Shown: one piece after another, positions 36,883 through 49,534 of the stretch | Layout of the letters: every line of letters starts with the position of its first letter | Position numbering within the stretch: the first letter of the stretch is position 1 | Assembly: GCA_905178155.1 (NCBI GenBank) | Contig: CAJINV010000002.1 | Span: forward strand, 6,788,743-6,852,742 | DNA: 64,000 nucleotides | Reading direction: 5' to 3' | Source: Amoebophrya sp. A120 | Lineage: Eukaryota > Protista > Dinoflagellata | Position numbers and translations under genes: made by a program | Notes under the pieces: generated by a model | The model's input: the letters and a program-made list of their open reading frames with translations, nothing else | Databases searched by the model: none | What the model was told of the DNA's origin: nothing

Positions 36883-38708
36883 TGAGATCACAGGGTTGAT
36901 CTTGATTTATCTGCTTTCAGATGCAGTTTTTTATTGAGAGTTTTTGATTTACTTAGTTTCGTCAATGACTTGGCTTCGTACTCTTGCTGTAGCACCGTCA
37001 AACAAGAACACGCTCAAGCAGTGCCCACAAGAAGGTCAAGTGCATGCTCATCTTGATCTTGCAGCTGAAATCAAATTACTGGAGCCGATGGTAAGAACTA
37101 CTACAACTCCTGCAGTCTTCAATGATTGCTCCTGTTTTATTCCGTAGAGGTGGAGGCGCCCTTGGCCTTGTATATTTGTTTCCGGTGTTCGCCACGGAGC
37201 GTGGCAGCGGCAGCGCTGTTCATTGGCAGAGAGTTCTGGCACGGTGCAGAGGGAGAGTGTCTGTTTCTGTGCTTGAGTGATGTGGACACTTGAGGTTGAG
37301 ATCTTTGGGTGATATAAGCACGTGATATGGGTTGAGTCTGTTATTCTTATTTTTTACCGTGGTGTAGTACTTATCATTTAGCACAAGAACAAACGCAGAA
37401 GCTAAATCCATGCGGTTGCTCTTGGTCTTTCTGCGTCGCTCGTGTTCCTTCGCGCGGCACCGTGTAGCGACCCCACCTACCGACCAGGGTCGCGGGCTTT
37501 CCGGCTTCTTTGCGCTGGTGTATGCAGCACGCGGCGCATGGAGCGGCGCCACCTTTAACCGGAAGGGGTACGCAGACAATGCGGGAGCGCGTCCCGGTCA
37601 GCGGCTCGCCCGCCTGCTTATCAAGAATAACGGCGAAGCGAGATGGAAAGTGGTGGCAACATCACCGAGAAGGCGGCCGGGCATCCATGCCAGCGCGCCG
37701 CGGGCCCCGGGTCCGGGGCGCCCGCGTTTTTCGTGGTCGGCCGTGCCCGAGTGCGGGGGGGCCGATGGGGGGGCGCCTCTGTCGCCTTTTCCAGCACCCG
37801 CCAACGAACCGCGGGCGCCCCACCGAAACGGCGCGGCGCCCGCGCCAGCATCGGCTCGACGTCTTGGCAAGAGGCCGGCGCCCGAACCACGGACGGGCGC
37901 CGCCCTGCCCGATGGCCGCCCGGCAGGTTGCTCCCTCTGAGCGAGAGCCCCCCACTCGCGGGCCCGTAGGAAGGCCCCTCGGTCGCGCCTCGCTCCTTGG
38001 TGGCGCGTGTGTTGTTCTCGGGTGCGCAGGCCGCCCCGCCTGGATCTTTGCTTCCATCCGTGATTCGCGCTCGCCCCCCATTGTGTGTAGGCGCGCGGGC
38101 TGTTTTCTACGTGCAGCCGAACTACATGAGAACGGCGGCCATTTTTCGCGTTCTTGTGGTCTTGCTTCGGGCTGCTCGCGCGCGTGTGTTTCCTGAGTAT
38201 GGTCATGAAGTTGGGCGAGGACGCGTGCCGACGAGGCCGATCTTTTCATTCTCCCTAGCGTCGTGGCTTTCTGTTCAGTGTGCTTGCTGGTGAAAGGCAG
38301 CGTCGTCTGCCGCGATTTCCGCGCGAGACGGCACCAACTTCGAGCGAGAGGAGAGACGTCATGCTACAGTGGAATCAGTCAGTATTTGTATAGATGCGAC
38401 CACACACTCGTACTCCAGCAATTGCTGCTGTAGCAAACGACGATGTCAGGTGCCGCCGCTTGAAGATGCACTAAGTATGATGTGCAAGCCCCAGTTCTTT
38501 TGGATGCTGGGGAACCGTCCGGACACCAGCTTTGCGGCGAATTTTTAGAATTAGCGAGGCGTATAGACGGCGTGCGAGGGAGGTTTTTGAACGAGACGTG
38601 CTTTTGATCCCGGGCAGCGAAACTTCAGTCCGCGGGTGCAGTGTGTTGGCTAGGCACAGTCTCCAACGCCATCGAAGATAAACGGACGCGGAACTACTTT
38701 GGACGAAG

Positions 38709-41700
38709 ATGTTTGTCTACCTGTCAAAGAAAATCGCGATCCCGCACAACCTGAATCTTCAGGTCATCGCGTGGAACCTGTCGCAAGGATGGATAGCGTG
38801 CGGCGGCGAGAGGGGCCTGCTGAAGGTAAGTGTAAGACTTGTTGGTAAAGGAGCATCAACAGTCTGAAGAAAGTCAACGAATCATAGTCTGTTGAGGATC
38901 TAGAGCATCTAATTCTAGAACAAGTCCAAGTGCGAATACATGATCAAAAAATATCCTCAGGTCATCAAGCTGGAAACTCCATCAGCAAATTCCTCTTCCT
39001 CTTCCAGCAATCTGTCGATGAATCAAACTCTGGAAGGGCATCAGGGCACGATTATCAATTGCACCTGGAACGAGAACTTCCGGAAACTCACTACCTCCGA
39101 TCAAAACGGGCTCATCATCGTGTGGATGCTGCACCGGGGAATATGGTTCGAGGAGATGATCAACAACCGCAACCGGTCCACGGTGAAAGATATGAAGTGG
39201 ACAAGCGACGGGCAGAAAATCTGCATCATCTACGAGGATGGGGCGGTGATTGTGGGGACGGTGGACGGCCAGAGGCTGTGGGGGAAGGAGCTGAAGGTAT
39301 TGATGTTGCCTGGTATAGTATGTCCATTCACTTCGGAAATGAAAATTTTATTTTTTTTGTGGTAGTTGAAAATATGATGCTGAAGCTTCATAAAAAGAAT
39401 TTCCAGCAAATGCGAGAAAAAACCTCAACAGAGCCAACTCGCGATGGTCGAGTGGGCCCCGGACGGGCGAAATATTCTCTTCGGCACCCCGAACGGCGAG
39501 ATCCACCTCTACGACCCCGAGGGGGTGTACGTCCTGAAACTTCCCTGCTACTGCCTGGACCAGGGGACGGAGGGGCAAATCCCGCTTGCCGGCCTTCACT
39601 GGTACAGTTCCTACTCTTACAGCAACAACGGCGCCAACGGCACCACCACCGCGGTGTCATCCGCCGCAGCGCAGTATCCACAGAAAAAAATCCATCCACA
39701 TCTTCCAATTTGTCATGCAAAACACGTATCAAGTCATGTGTATGTCATGCAAAAAATGGATGTGGATGGGTTTTTTTCTGTGGATACGCGGGCTAGCGTT
39801 CCGTCCACCCAGCCGACGCTTTGCTGCGCATACGAAAACGGCCGGGTGCAGATTCTGCGCCACGAAGCGGACGATAGACCTGTGCTGATCGATACGCAAA
39901 TGCGGTGCACCGGAGCGAGGTGGAACCCGAGTGGGACGGTGGTGGCACTCGCAGGGATGCAGGGCAACAACGAGGTTGGGGTCGTGCAATTTTACTCCGC
40001 GAACCAGGGGGAGCACTTACGGACACTGCGGCTGCCGGGGAATAATTTGCGAAGCTTGAGCTGGGAAGGTATTTTTGACGTGCTTTGTGTATGATCATCG
40101 TGATTTGTCATTGTCAGGTCGCTCCGATTCCGATTCTTAATCAAAAGCCATGGGTTATTATTATTAAACCACGTACTATAGCAGGGTGCATATTAACTTT
40201 ATTCTGCATGGTATCACGCACCGTGCTTTTCGCACTTCACTGCACCCTGCTGCGTGACTTTACGCAGGACGGTGCGCTACACGAGGACAGGAACTGCACA
40301 ACATTTGCGCAACTCCACACATCACGGCACACCGTGGTGCGTAATGCGCCATGCCTCTGCAGCGGCTGGTCGATTCAGCGTCATGAAATTCGCGAGAGAT
40401 GGCACGGCCAAAGACCTGCCCGCGGTTCTCTCTGAAGCCTTTCGGCTTGACCGCGCCGGTGCAGCGGCGCTCTGTAACTGCAACCAGGGGCGCTGCGTAA
40501 AATTTTCGAAGCGGCCGCCGCGCGACGTCGTAGAAGTAGCAGCCCGGGATTGGCGATATCGGTCGTGAACGCCGGCGGCCTCGACGGCTGGGAAAGCCGG
40601 CGCCCCCCCGCGGGCCCTGCTACGATCTCGCATTGGGACGACGCGAGAACGGTCGATATCAAAGCGATCGATATCGCATGATCTCCGCCTGATCTCCCCC
40701 GCGATCTCGTTTATTTCGTGCCCAATCTCGCTGATCTCGCTGGCGGAAATTCATGATCTCCCGCCTGATCTCCCCCGCGATCTCGTTGATCTCGTGCCCG
40801 ATCTCGTTGATCTCGCGGGCGGAAATTCATTCTACAGCGAAAATGGGAAGGAATTTTCGACCTGCGGGCGCTGGCCAGTAAGATCAATCTCGGCCGTGAG
40901 TTATATCGCAGCGAGATCGGCGGGAGGGGGTGCGAGATCGGCCGGGGATCGCCGCGAGATCGGCCGGAGATGAGATCGGCACGAGATCAGCGAGATCGGG
41001 AGGCCGCTTTCGTGGATCTCGCTATGTTGCCGGGACGAGGTTGGGGGCTTTTGCTCGTAAGATCGGGAGCCCCCGATCCTGCAAGCTTATTTATCTGTGC
41101 CCGCGCTCTGAGTGAGCGCGGGTTCGAAGCTGGGTCACGACTTCGGGCTTCGGGGGCACCATGACCGAGAGCGCCCAGTGTTGTTCCGATTGGCTGCGGC
41201 TGCGCGAGAAGTTTTCTGAGCTTCTGGCGCGGGTGTGGCACTGTGTGGGGCTGCTGGGGGCCCGGCCCCTGTGCATTTGCGTGCGCACCTGTGGCCAACA
41301 GAAAGTGGCCGGGCGTCGCACTTGTACCATTGCGACGGACGCATCCGCTTCGGCGCACTATGTCAAGGCGCGAGGAAAGCAGCGCTAGAACCTGCCTACG
41401 CGCTTTGTCACATTTGCGCGAACCCGGGGCGCGAAATTTTTAAAATCGGTTACATGCGTAAGATCATCTTGGGAACTTGGACCACTTGACTACACGAGGA
41501 CAGGAACTGCACAACATTTGCGCAACTCCACACATCACGGCACACCGTGGCTTCGTTCTCCCCACCACACCTCCCAGCACCTGGACGCGCAACTCCACAG
41601 GCACAGCCCCGCAGGCGCGGCGGTTATGTTGTTGAGTCGCATGGCTAGGCTGCAAGTATTCGTTGGTGTGCACCACATGCGACGTCGATGATGTCGCCTG

Positions 41701-44700
41701 CGGGTGCTGGGTCGGGGTTGGGCGTCCACGACATTGTTGCTGCATCTCTTCGGGGTTTGCAAATACCTTGTCGTAGCCATTGCGCCGGCGCTTGGTTTTG
41801 TCCACGATGTGGATGTCTCTGAGTCGCTTGTGCTTTGGTATCAGGGGTGCTGACTTGGAAGGAGAGCTGAGCGCGTTAGCCTATCGGCGTCGTTGCTCCG
41901 TCCTTCGCCCCTCGACGTCGGTCCGCCGGCGTTGATTGCCTGCAGGTGATTAGCGCAGTCGAGGGGTTCAGTGGTTGGTGTGGGGGCGAGGAGCTGTGGC
42001 GCAGTTTTAGCAGGTCCTTCTCCTGTTTCGGATTTCTCTGCTGCTCCACGAGCCAGAGTCGTTCGATTCATCCAGCGTACCTGGGGACGCTTGATTTGCC
42101 TTTTTACATTTGGAGCGCCAATCCTGGCGTCTCAGACAGGTCGCAGCGCGATGTGCTGCGTCCGCTAGATCACATACCCGCGGGAACTTCCCGGAACTTA
42201 GTCACGATTGGGAGCAAGACCCCGCTGCGTCGCCCGGGTTCCGGGCTCCACGGAGGTGCCCTACCCCGGCGCGTTTCCCACGTGCTCGCTACCTAGCTAC
42301 AACACAGCCCCGCGCGCCTGGATCTCTGCACCGACAGAGCCAGGCCGCCCCGTTGAGTCACATTTGGGGAAGATGTTCGGTGGGCCATGTCGTGTTCCAC
42401 GGCTTGGCCCACCTTCACGTCCGGGGCGTGGCTCTGTGGGGTTTGAGAGCTTGGCTCGCGCGGCTTGCTACTTGTAGCTCGCTGTGCCGGCCGGGTTCTC
42501 TTCTTGCTCGCCAGTGTGACCGTCGCAGGGCGTCCCGCGACGAGGACTGCAGCGCGCGTCAGCACTGCCTTCGATTATCATCGTTTCCGCGCGCTTTCGC
42601 TCGTTGGGTGAATTGCGCCAGGAATGTGAATTTATATAACGGAATTTAAAGATTTTCGCCCATTGGAGGGCACCGCGCGAGGCCCATCGTTGCCCTGGTC
42701 TGTCTGCCCGGGGATTCGTCGGCATAGCGTAAACCCCTCGGCCGTTCTGCGCCATGCCTCCGCAGCGGCTGGTCGATTCAGCGTCATGAAATTCGCGAGA
42801 GATGGCACGGCCAAAGACCTGCCCGCGGTTCTCTCTGAAGCCTTTCGGCTTGACCGCGCCGGTGCAGCGGCGCTCTGTAACTGCAACCANNNNNNNNNNN
42901 NNNNNNNNNNNNNNNNNNNNNNNNNNNNNNNNNNNNNNNNNNNNNNNNNNNNNNNNNNNNNNNNNNNNNNNNNNNNNNNNNNNNNNNNNNNNNNNNNNNN
43001 NNNNNNNNNNNNNNNNNNNNNNNNNNNNNNNNNNNNNNNNNNNNNNNNNNNNNNNNNNNNNNNNNNNNNNNNNNNNNNNNNNNNNNNNNNNNNNNNNNNN
43101 NNNNNNNNNNNNNNNNNNNNNNNNNNNNNNNNNNNNNNNNNNNNNNNNNNNNNNNNNNNNNNNNNNNNNNNNNNNNNNNNNNNNNNNNNNNNNNNNNNNN
43201 NNNNNNNNNNNNNNNNNNNNNNNNNNNNNNNNNNNNNNNNNNNNNNNNNNNNNNNNNNNNNNNNNNNNNNNNNNNNNNNNNNNNNNNNNNNNNNNNNNNN
43301 NNNNNNNNNNNNNNNNNNNNNNNNNNNTGCGACGGACGCATCCGCTTCGGCGCACTATGTCAAGGCGCGAGGAAAGCAGCGCTAGAACCTGCCTACGCGC
43401 TTTGTCACATTTGCGCGAACCCGGGGCGCGAAATTTTTAAAATCGGTTACATGCGTAAGATCATCTTGGGAACTTGGACCACTTGACTACACGAGGACAG
43501 GAACTGCACAACATTTGCGCAACTCCACACATCACGCCGCCGGTGCGTAATGGCAAATGATTCATCTGCTTCCGAAGCACACCATCGTGCATAATGTTAC
43601 GCAGCTTGGTATGAAGATGACGTTTGCACTTGGCACAGATTGGATGCAAGTGAAGAATCTGAACTAAAACCCTCTCCAGGTAGCGGTCTCCGCCTCGCGC
43701 TCGCCGTGGATTACCACATCTTTTTCGCGAACGTCCGACCTGACTACGTATGGGACTACTTTGGCAAAACCTTAGTCTACTCGAGCTACAAGAAAGAACG
43801 CTCAGAATACGTCGTCGTCTTCTGGAACATCCCCTCTTCCGGATCCGGTTCGGGTGCCGATGGGTCCACCACCGGTAACACGGGTGCCATCACCGGTGGA
43901 GTTGGTACAGGGACCGGTGGAGCTGCGGCGGCGACAAGTGGTGGTGGCGCCAATGCGGCTTCCTCCACCAACAGCTTAGCGCAGGCCAACGCGCAGTTGA
44001 ATAGCGGCATTCAGGTGAAGTACATGAAAAACGTCCAGGCGATCAAGTCCTGCAACGATCACTGCGTGATCGTGACCAAAACAACGCACTTGGACGACAA
44101 CCTTTCGAAAGGTGGAGCAGGCGGAGGACCACAGCAAAACACCCAACTGACCAGCTACTCGATCTTGCTGTGCAACGAAATCGGCACGGTGATGGAGAAG
44201 AAGGAAGTGAAGTTTCAAACGGCCATCAAGGGCGTCAGCATGACGAAGACGCATGTCGTCGTTTGCTCCCAAGACGCGGTGTACTTGTGGTCTTGGAATC
44301 GGGATAGCAACAAAAAGGGAGCGGCAGCCACGAGTGCGAAAAAGGCTGAGATGATGTTCCACATACAAGACGACGCGCATTTTGTGGAAAAGGATGAGTT
44401 TGCACACGGTACTAGAGTGGTAGTTCTTTGTCGACGCATGCTTGCAGTTCTTGTTTTTTGCATGATGTTAAAAATCTCAGTTGATGTTCATCTTGTACAG
44501 CACGATGTTGCTCCCATAAGCATTCACATCGTTCTACTTAAGTTTTATCACGAATACAGGTGCCCTCGACCAGGGCCAAATCCAGGATGGCATCGCCTGC
44601 GTTACCGCGTCAGACACGACCTTGCTGATTGGCCGCGAATCCGGCTTGGTGCAGAAGTATGCTTTGCCGTTTCTCCAGAAGGACGGGCGGTTCACGATAA

Positions 44701-47187
44701 AAATCAATCCGCAGATATTCCAGCTGAATGTCAGCTCCACGAAGCTGCTGGTCGTGGATATTAATGGTAGATACGTGGTTCTTCAGTAGCAGTTTCAGAA
44801 TTGTTGATCATGTTCGTTGATTTGCGCTCGTGCGCCAGCAGGACGACCACTGCCCCCTGTGTTCGTGATGCATACGACAGCAGCATTCGCATTCCTCATT
44901 TCCTCTTACCGTTACCAGGCATCCTCTCTCTCTACGATGTGGACAAGCGAAAAGGCCAAGTGACGCAGCTAGAATTCGAGCGGAAGGATGTGTGGGACGT
45001 AAAATGGGCCTCGGACAATCCGGATCTGTTTTGCTTTATGGAAAAGCAAAGAATGTACGTCGTCCGGGGGTCGCAGCCGGAGGAACCCGTTCTGTCGAAC
45101 GGCTACATCTGCGAGTTCAAGGATTTGGAAATCCGATCGGCATTAGTCGACGAACTAGTCCGGAATCCCGATACCGTGCCACAGAAATCCACGATAATTA
45201 TGGATTTCGAAACGAAGTCTCTACGGGACACGCGGGACATTTTGACGAAGTTATCAAATTTGAAGGACGCCTTTCAATACGTAGAGGATAACCCGCATCC
45301 GAGATTATGGAGGTTATTGGCGGAAAATGCACTGGAATTGCTGGAGTTCCAGGTAGAATTGTGGTTTTCATCTTTTTGTGCATGACAAAGTGCACCATCC
45401 TCGAAGAAAAAATGCGGACGAGCAGCATAACATCAATTCCTATTCCACCTCCAAAATTCAGGTCGCCGAAAAGGCCTTCGTGAAATTCGAGGACTATTCC
45501 GGGATTCAGTTCGTGAAACGGCTCAAACTCCTGTCCGACAAGGTGAAGCAAAAAGCCGAGGTTTCCACCTACTTCCAGAAGTTCGACGAAGCGGAGGCAC
45601 TGTACCGGGAGATTGACAGGAGAGACCTCGCGATCGACCTGCGGTTGAAACTGGGCGACTGGTTCCGGGTGATCCAACTGGTCCAGGGGACGAACCAGAA
45701 CGAGAATTTGTTGCAAGAAGCCTACAGTTCGATCGGCGATTACTACGCGGACAGATCGAAGTGGTCTCACGCAGCGCAGTACTACAACAAAGCCAGGAAC
45801 TACTCCTCGTTAGTCGAAGCGTACTACGCGCTGGAGGATTACGACAGCTTGCAGAAATTCATCCCAACCCTACCCGAAGGGGATCCGTTGCTGAAAAACA
45901 TCGCGGAAAAACTCATCTCCGTCGGGCTCTGTGACTACGGGGTCAAGGCCTATTTGCGGTTGAACGACGTGAAATCGGCCATCGACGCGTGTGTGTTGCT
46001 GAACGAGTGGCCTTTAGCTGTGGAATTGGCGAAAAAGGAAAATCTGTCCGAAGTGGAGGATTTACTGGCGAAATACGCGCAGTACTTCCTGGAGAAGAAC
46101 GACATGGCGAACAAAATCGAGGCGGTGCAGCTGTACCGGAAAGCGAATAAGTTCACGGAGGCCGCGAAGTGGCTGATGACCTTGGCGGACGAGATAAAAG
46201 CGTCGAGCATGCAGAAAAATCCGTCGAAGATGAAGAAAATCTACCTGCTCGCGGGCTTGGAACTAGAGAAGAAGAAGGACAAAGCGGTAGGGAATCGGGA
46301 GGAGCAGGCGAAGAAGATAAGGTATGTTTTTACTGTCAGTTGTGTCATCTTCTGCGTTGTTTCAGGATGTGGTCTACTGATGTCTCCTGTGCAAGAATTG
46401 CATGGCACTCAGAACAACCTGTGTAGTTGCCGAAACGACCGAAAAGTACGCAATCACAATCTACACCAGAACTTCCGCCGACAATTTTTCTGCCCTGACT
46501 GCCATGATGGACGTCGACGGGGAAATCGCGGTGGAAGATACCTCGTACCTGCAGCCCTTCCGCTACGCCGAGGCGTACCATCTCCTGATGCTCTGCCAGA
46601 AGCAAATCTACGAACACCAGTTGGAAAAAGCGCTCCGGACCGCAATCCGCCTAACCGACTATGAGGACGTGCTGGACACCAAAACCGTCTACTGCCTCGT
46701 CGCCCTGACCGCGTTCCAGTCCAAGTACTTCCTCCAGTGCTCCCGCGCGTTCATGAAACTGCGGAAGTGCGACCCGAAGAAGTTCGAGGCGCTGGCTTTG
46801 CAGATCTTCCGGGTCCAAGCCCCGAGGGACCCGTCCAGCCGGATGGTTTCCTGCCCGGCGTGTAATGTACCAATGCACGATTGGATGATCCAGTGCCCGT
46901 CTTGCTCCCACAAGCTCGCCTTTTGCGTCGCCAGCGGCCGGTCGATTTTCCCGAACCAGCCGGGCGGGGCGTTGGGGGTGGACGAGGTGATCGACTGCAA
47001 GACCTGCCACCGGAAAGCGTACGGCGCGGAGGCGCGCGGGCGGATAAGTTGCGCGTTCTGCCACACGAGAAGCACGGCGGTGTATGGCGGAGGGAGTGGG
47101 GGTGCTGGGCAGCAGATGGGACAGATGCAGTACGGAGGTATGTATGGAGGAGGCGGCGCGCAACAGATGAAGTTCACGACGAGTTGA
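38709..47187 (+). CDS. WDR35: Intraflagellar transport complex A protein WDR35/IFT121
   Basis: [62 protein letters not shown] and a C-terminal Cys cluster. GT-AG introns 38826-38960, 39297-39431, 40069-43679, 44409-44560, 44768-44918, 45352-45461 and 46322-46469, plus TIR intron 39675-39786. Confidence 0.96.
39675..39786. mobile_element. Introner-like TIR element, family F
   Basis: TATCCACAGAAAAAAATCCATCCACATC...GATGTGGATGGGTTTTTTTCTGTGGATA; DR CGCAG/CGCGG. Confidence 0.92.
40277..43552. repeat. Composite repeat insertion inside the 3.6-kb WDR35 intron
   Basis: Segment X at 40277-40337, 41490-41550 and 43487-43536; block A 40345-40486 = 42748-42889; block B 41331-41489 = 43328-43486. Confidence 0.85.
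42890..43327. other. Assembly gap
   Basis: Run of 438 N. Confidence 1.
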
Positions 47188-47575
47188 GGTCGTCGTGACA
47201 AGATGAAGAGCGTGGTGCAGTTTGACAGCATGCACATGCTGGGATGAGGAGCTACCCACTATCCATTTGCCAAACCGTTTCTTCTTCAGTTTCAGATTCA
47301 GTTTCAAATTAACGAGTAATATTCGATGCTGTGGTTTTTGGTGTAGAGGTTCATATTCTTATTCCAAGTTTGAGAGTTTTTACCATCATTTACAGGGATT
47401 TCGATATGATTATGCGAGCGTGCCCTCCACAGAAACGGGGGGGGGCCCGTGTCCGACGTAGGTTTTTTTTGAAAAGGACATCGACAACAGATGATTCAGG
47501 AAGCGACAAAGAAAATTATCAGAAACACGGAGCAAGGCGAATACTTGATCGTTCGTCTTTGCAGAGGTGTGTAAT

Positions 47576-48782
47576 TTGTCTTTCGGTTTATATGCACGGT
47601 GTTAACTCAGAAGCACGCGGCGCTAAAAGTAAAAAAAATGAAATTCAAACCAATTTCAAAAGTTTTAAATTTCTGGCTTCCCCCCTCGCTACAGAGCATG
47701 TATTTCGCGCAGCGTCTGGGATCGATTCAGGTCGATACTCGGACGCCCGGTCGCGGCCACTTGTGCTCAACATACTAGGTTCTCTTCGACAGTTCCCTAG
47801 TAGGTTGTGTCGCGTGGTGGATCTCGATTGCCTTCTTCACTTTCTTCCACTTGGAGTTCTTCAATTTCTGCACACGCTGCTAGGCAGTCGCAAATTGAAT
47901 TCCGCCCTGTCCGCGGGATAGAAAGCAGCTTTTTGCCCATTCCTTTGCCTCGATCTTTGGTAGATGGGAGCTTACGCGGTCTTATGGCGTGCTCCTCTGC
48001 TTCTATTTCTTTTTCTTGTTGTGCCTCCTTTCTTTGCCCCGGGTGTTGGTGCACCACGCCCGTGTCTGAGTTTAGCTTTCGTTATCGTGTCTGAGTTTAG
48101 CTTTCAGGGGAAATCTGATCCGAATTTGATCCGAAAACGGTCCGGACGTGGAATGTAGTATGCGGACCAAATTTGGACCAAATTTGGACCGGTTCCTGAC
48201 CAGATCTCGATCAACCATTTGAAATTGGTTGGAGGTCTCGATCAACCGTTTGAAATTGGTTCGAAATCTCGATCAACCGTTTGAAATTGGCCGGAGTCTC
48301 GATTACCCGTTTGAAATTCCCGATCACCGTTTGAAATCTCCGGCCGCCATGTGAATTCGCAGCCTGCCGGCGGCCGCCAAGCGGCGACTTTCGTCCGTCA
48401 GTAGTTGGCCTGCGGGCTTGTTAGCGGATTTGCCGGTCTCCCTTTAAGGTGTTTCGGAAAGATCGAGAGAGTGGTAGGCTAATGCGTGACGCCTCGTACA
48501 GATGGAGCGATCGGCCGCTCGGGTGAGTGGTCGCTCGGCGACCCATCGCGAATAAAACTCGCCTTGGCTGTCACCGTATGCATGCTCTGTTTCTTACATA
48601 TGTCAACAAAAATGATGAACACCCACCCACCCCTGCATGCAAAGTCTGAAACTTTTGAAATTGGTTTGAATTCCGTTAGAAAAGAAATTAGTGCTCGCTT
48701 GCTTTTGAGTTAACACGGTGGCCGCGTGCCAACACGCGCATATAGTAAGTGTGAAATGTAAGTGTACTCGTGACAAAGACAA
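47576..48782. mobile_element. ~1.2-kb intergenic inverted-repeat element
   Basis: Perfect 24-bp IR core AATTCAAACCAATTTCAAAAGTTT (~47642-47665 / 48649-48672) within longer imperfect arms (GTGTTAACTC/GAGTTAACAC; TATATGCACG/CGCGCATATA); internal minisatellite at 48205-48337. Confidence 0.8.
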
Positions 48783-49534
48783 ACAAGTTTTAAAGTCCGA
48801 CGGTAGAATTTTTTTTTGAACGGCTTGAGCCACGGCTACTTGGCCCACCTGTATGATATATCATTTTGACGTCGTGACAAACCAACGGAAAGAGGAACCA
48901 AAGTGGTAGGCAGTCCCAGTATTTCTATTTGCTAAAATTTGTCCAGCTCAACATGAAACATAGAGTAAGAAGAAAATAAAGCAATCTCGCACGTCACACT
49001 ACGTAAATCCGGGGAGGAAAGCGAGCATTTCGTCGCTATTCCTGTCATATATCTAGAGTGAGGTTGCTTGTTGAGTTCAGATCAGCGACCGCTCTTTTTT
49101 CGGAATTTCCGTCCTTTGACGAGGGTCGTCTGGGCATTTCGTATATAAAGGGCGCGCTTTCAATTCCGGCTCTCTTGTTTCTCTGTGACTATCTACGGCT
49201 TCATGCTGCAACAACGCGCAGCGTTGGTTTACGTTAGCCATCGTGAGTGATATGAGTCTTTGTCTGTTGACCGCCACTACTGAGAGCACGAGGGCTATCG
49301 CAGTTTCTCTCGGTGGAAAAATAGCCACGCCTGGTACGAACTGAAAGCGATAGATGAGATCCTCGTTGTGGAGCGGTATGCCTTCTCCTGGCACAAAAGA
49401 GAGATGCTGATGCCTACAACTCATTTCTTTTTTTCTTTAGCTCGAGTTCTGATGAACAAAAAAAGTGCAACGTGATAGAACTTCGAGAATTTCGCTTTTT
49501 TTGCAGCGCTAAGCTCGCAGAAAAAAAAAACAAA

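Noticed and set aside
34500-38300. Many overlapping Arg/Pro/Ala/Gly-rich ORFs in GC-rich islands (also 40250-42650 and 60000-63800)
   Set aside because: Expected from stop-codon scarcity at high GC; no transposase, RT, integrase or recombinase motifs recognised.
42468-43440. Long ORFs spanning the gap
   Set aside because: Mostly translated N.
40345-43536. Firm LTR retrotransposon call
   Set aside because: No matching 4-6-bp TSD, no recognisable gag/pol or PBS, and a third upstream copy of segment X is unexplained by an LTR model.
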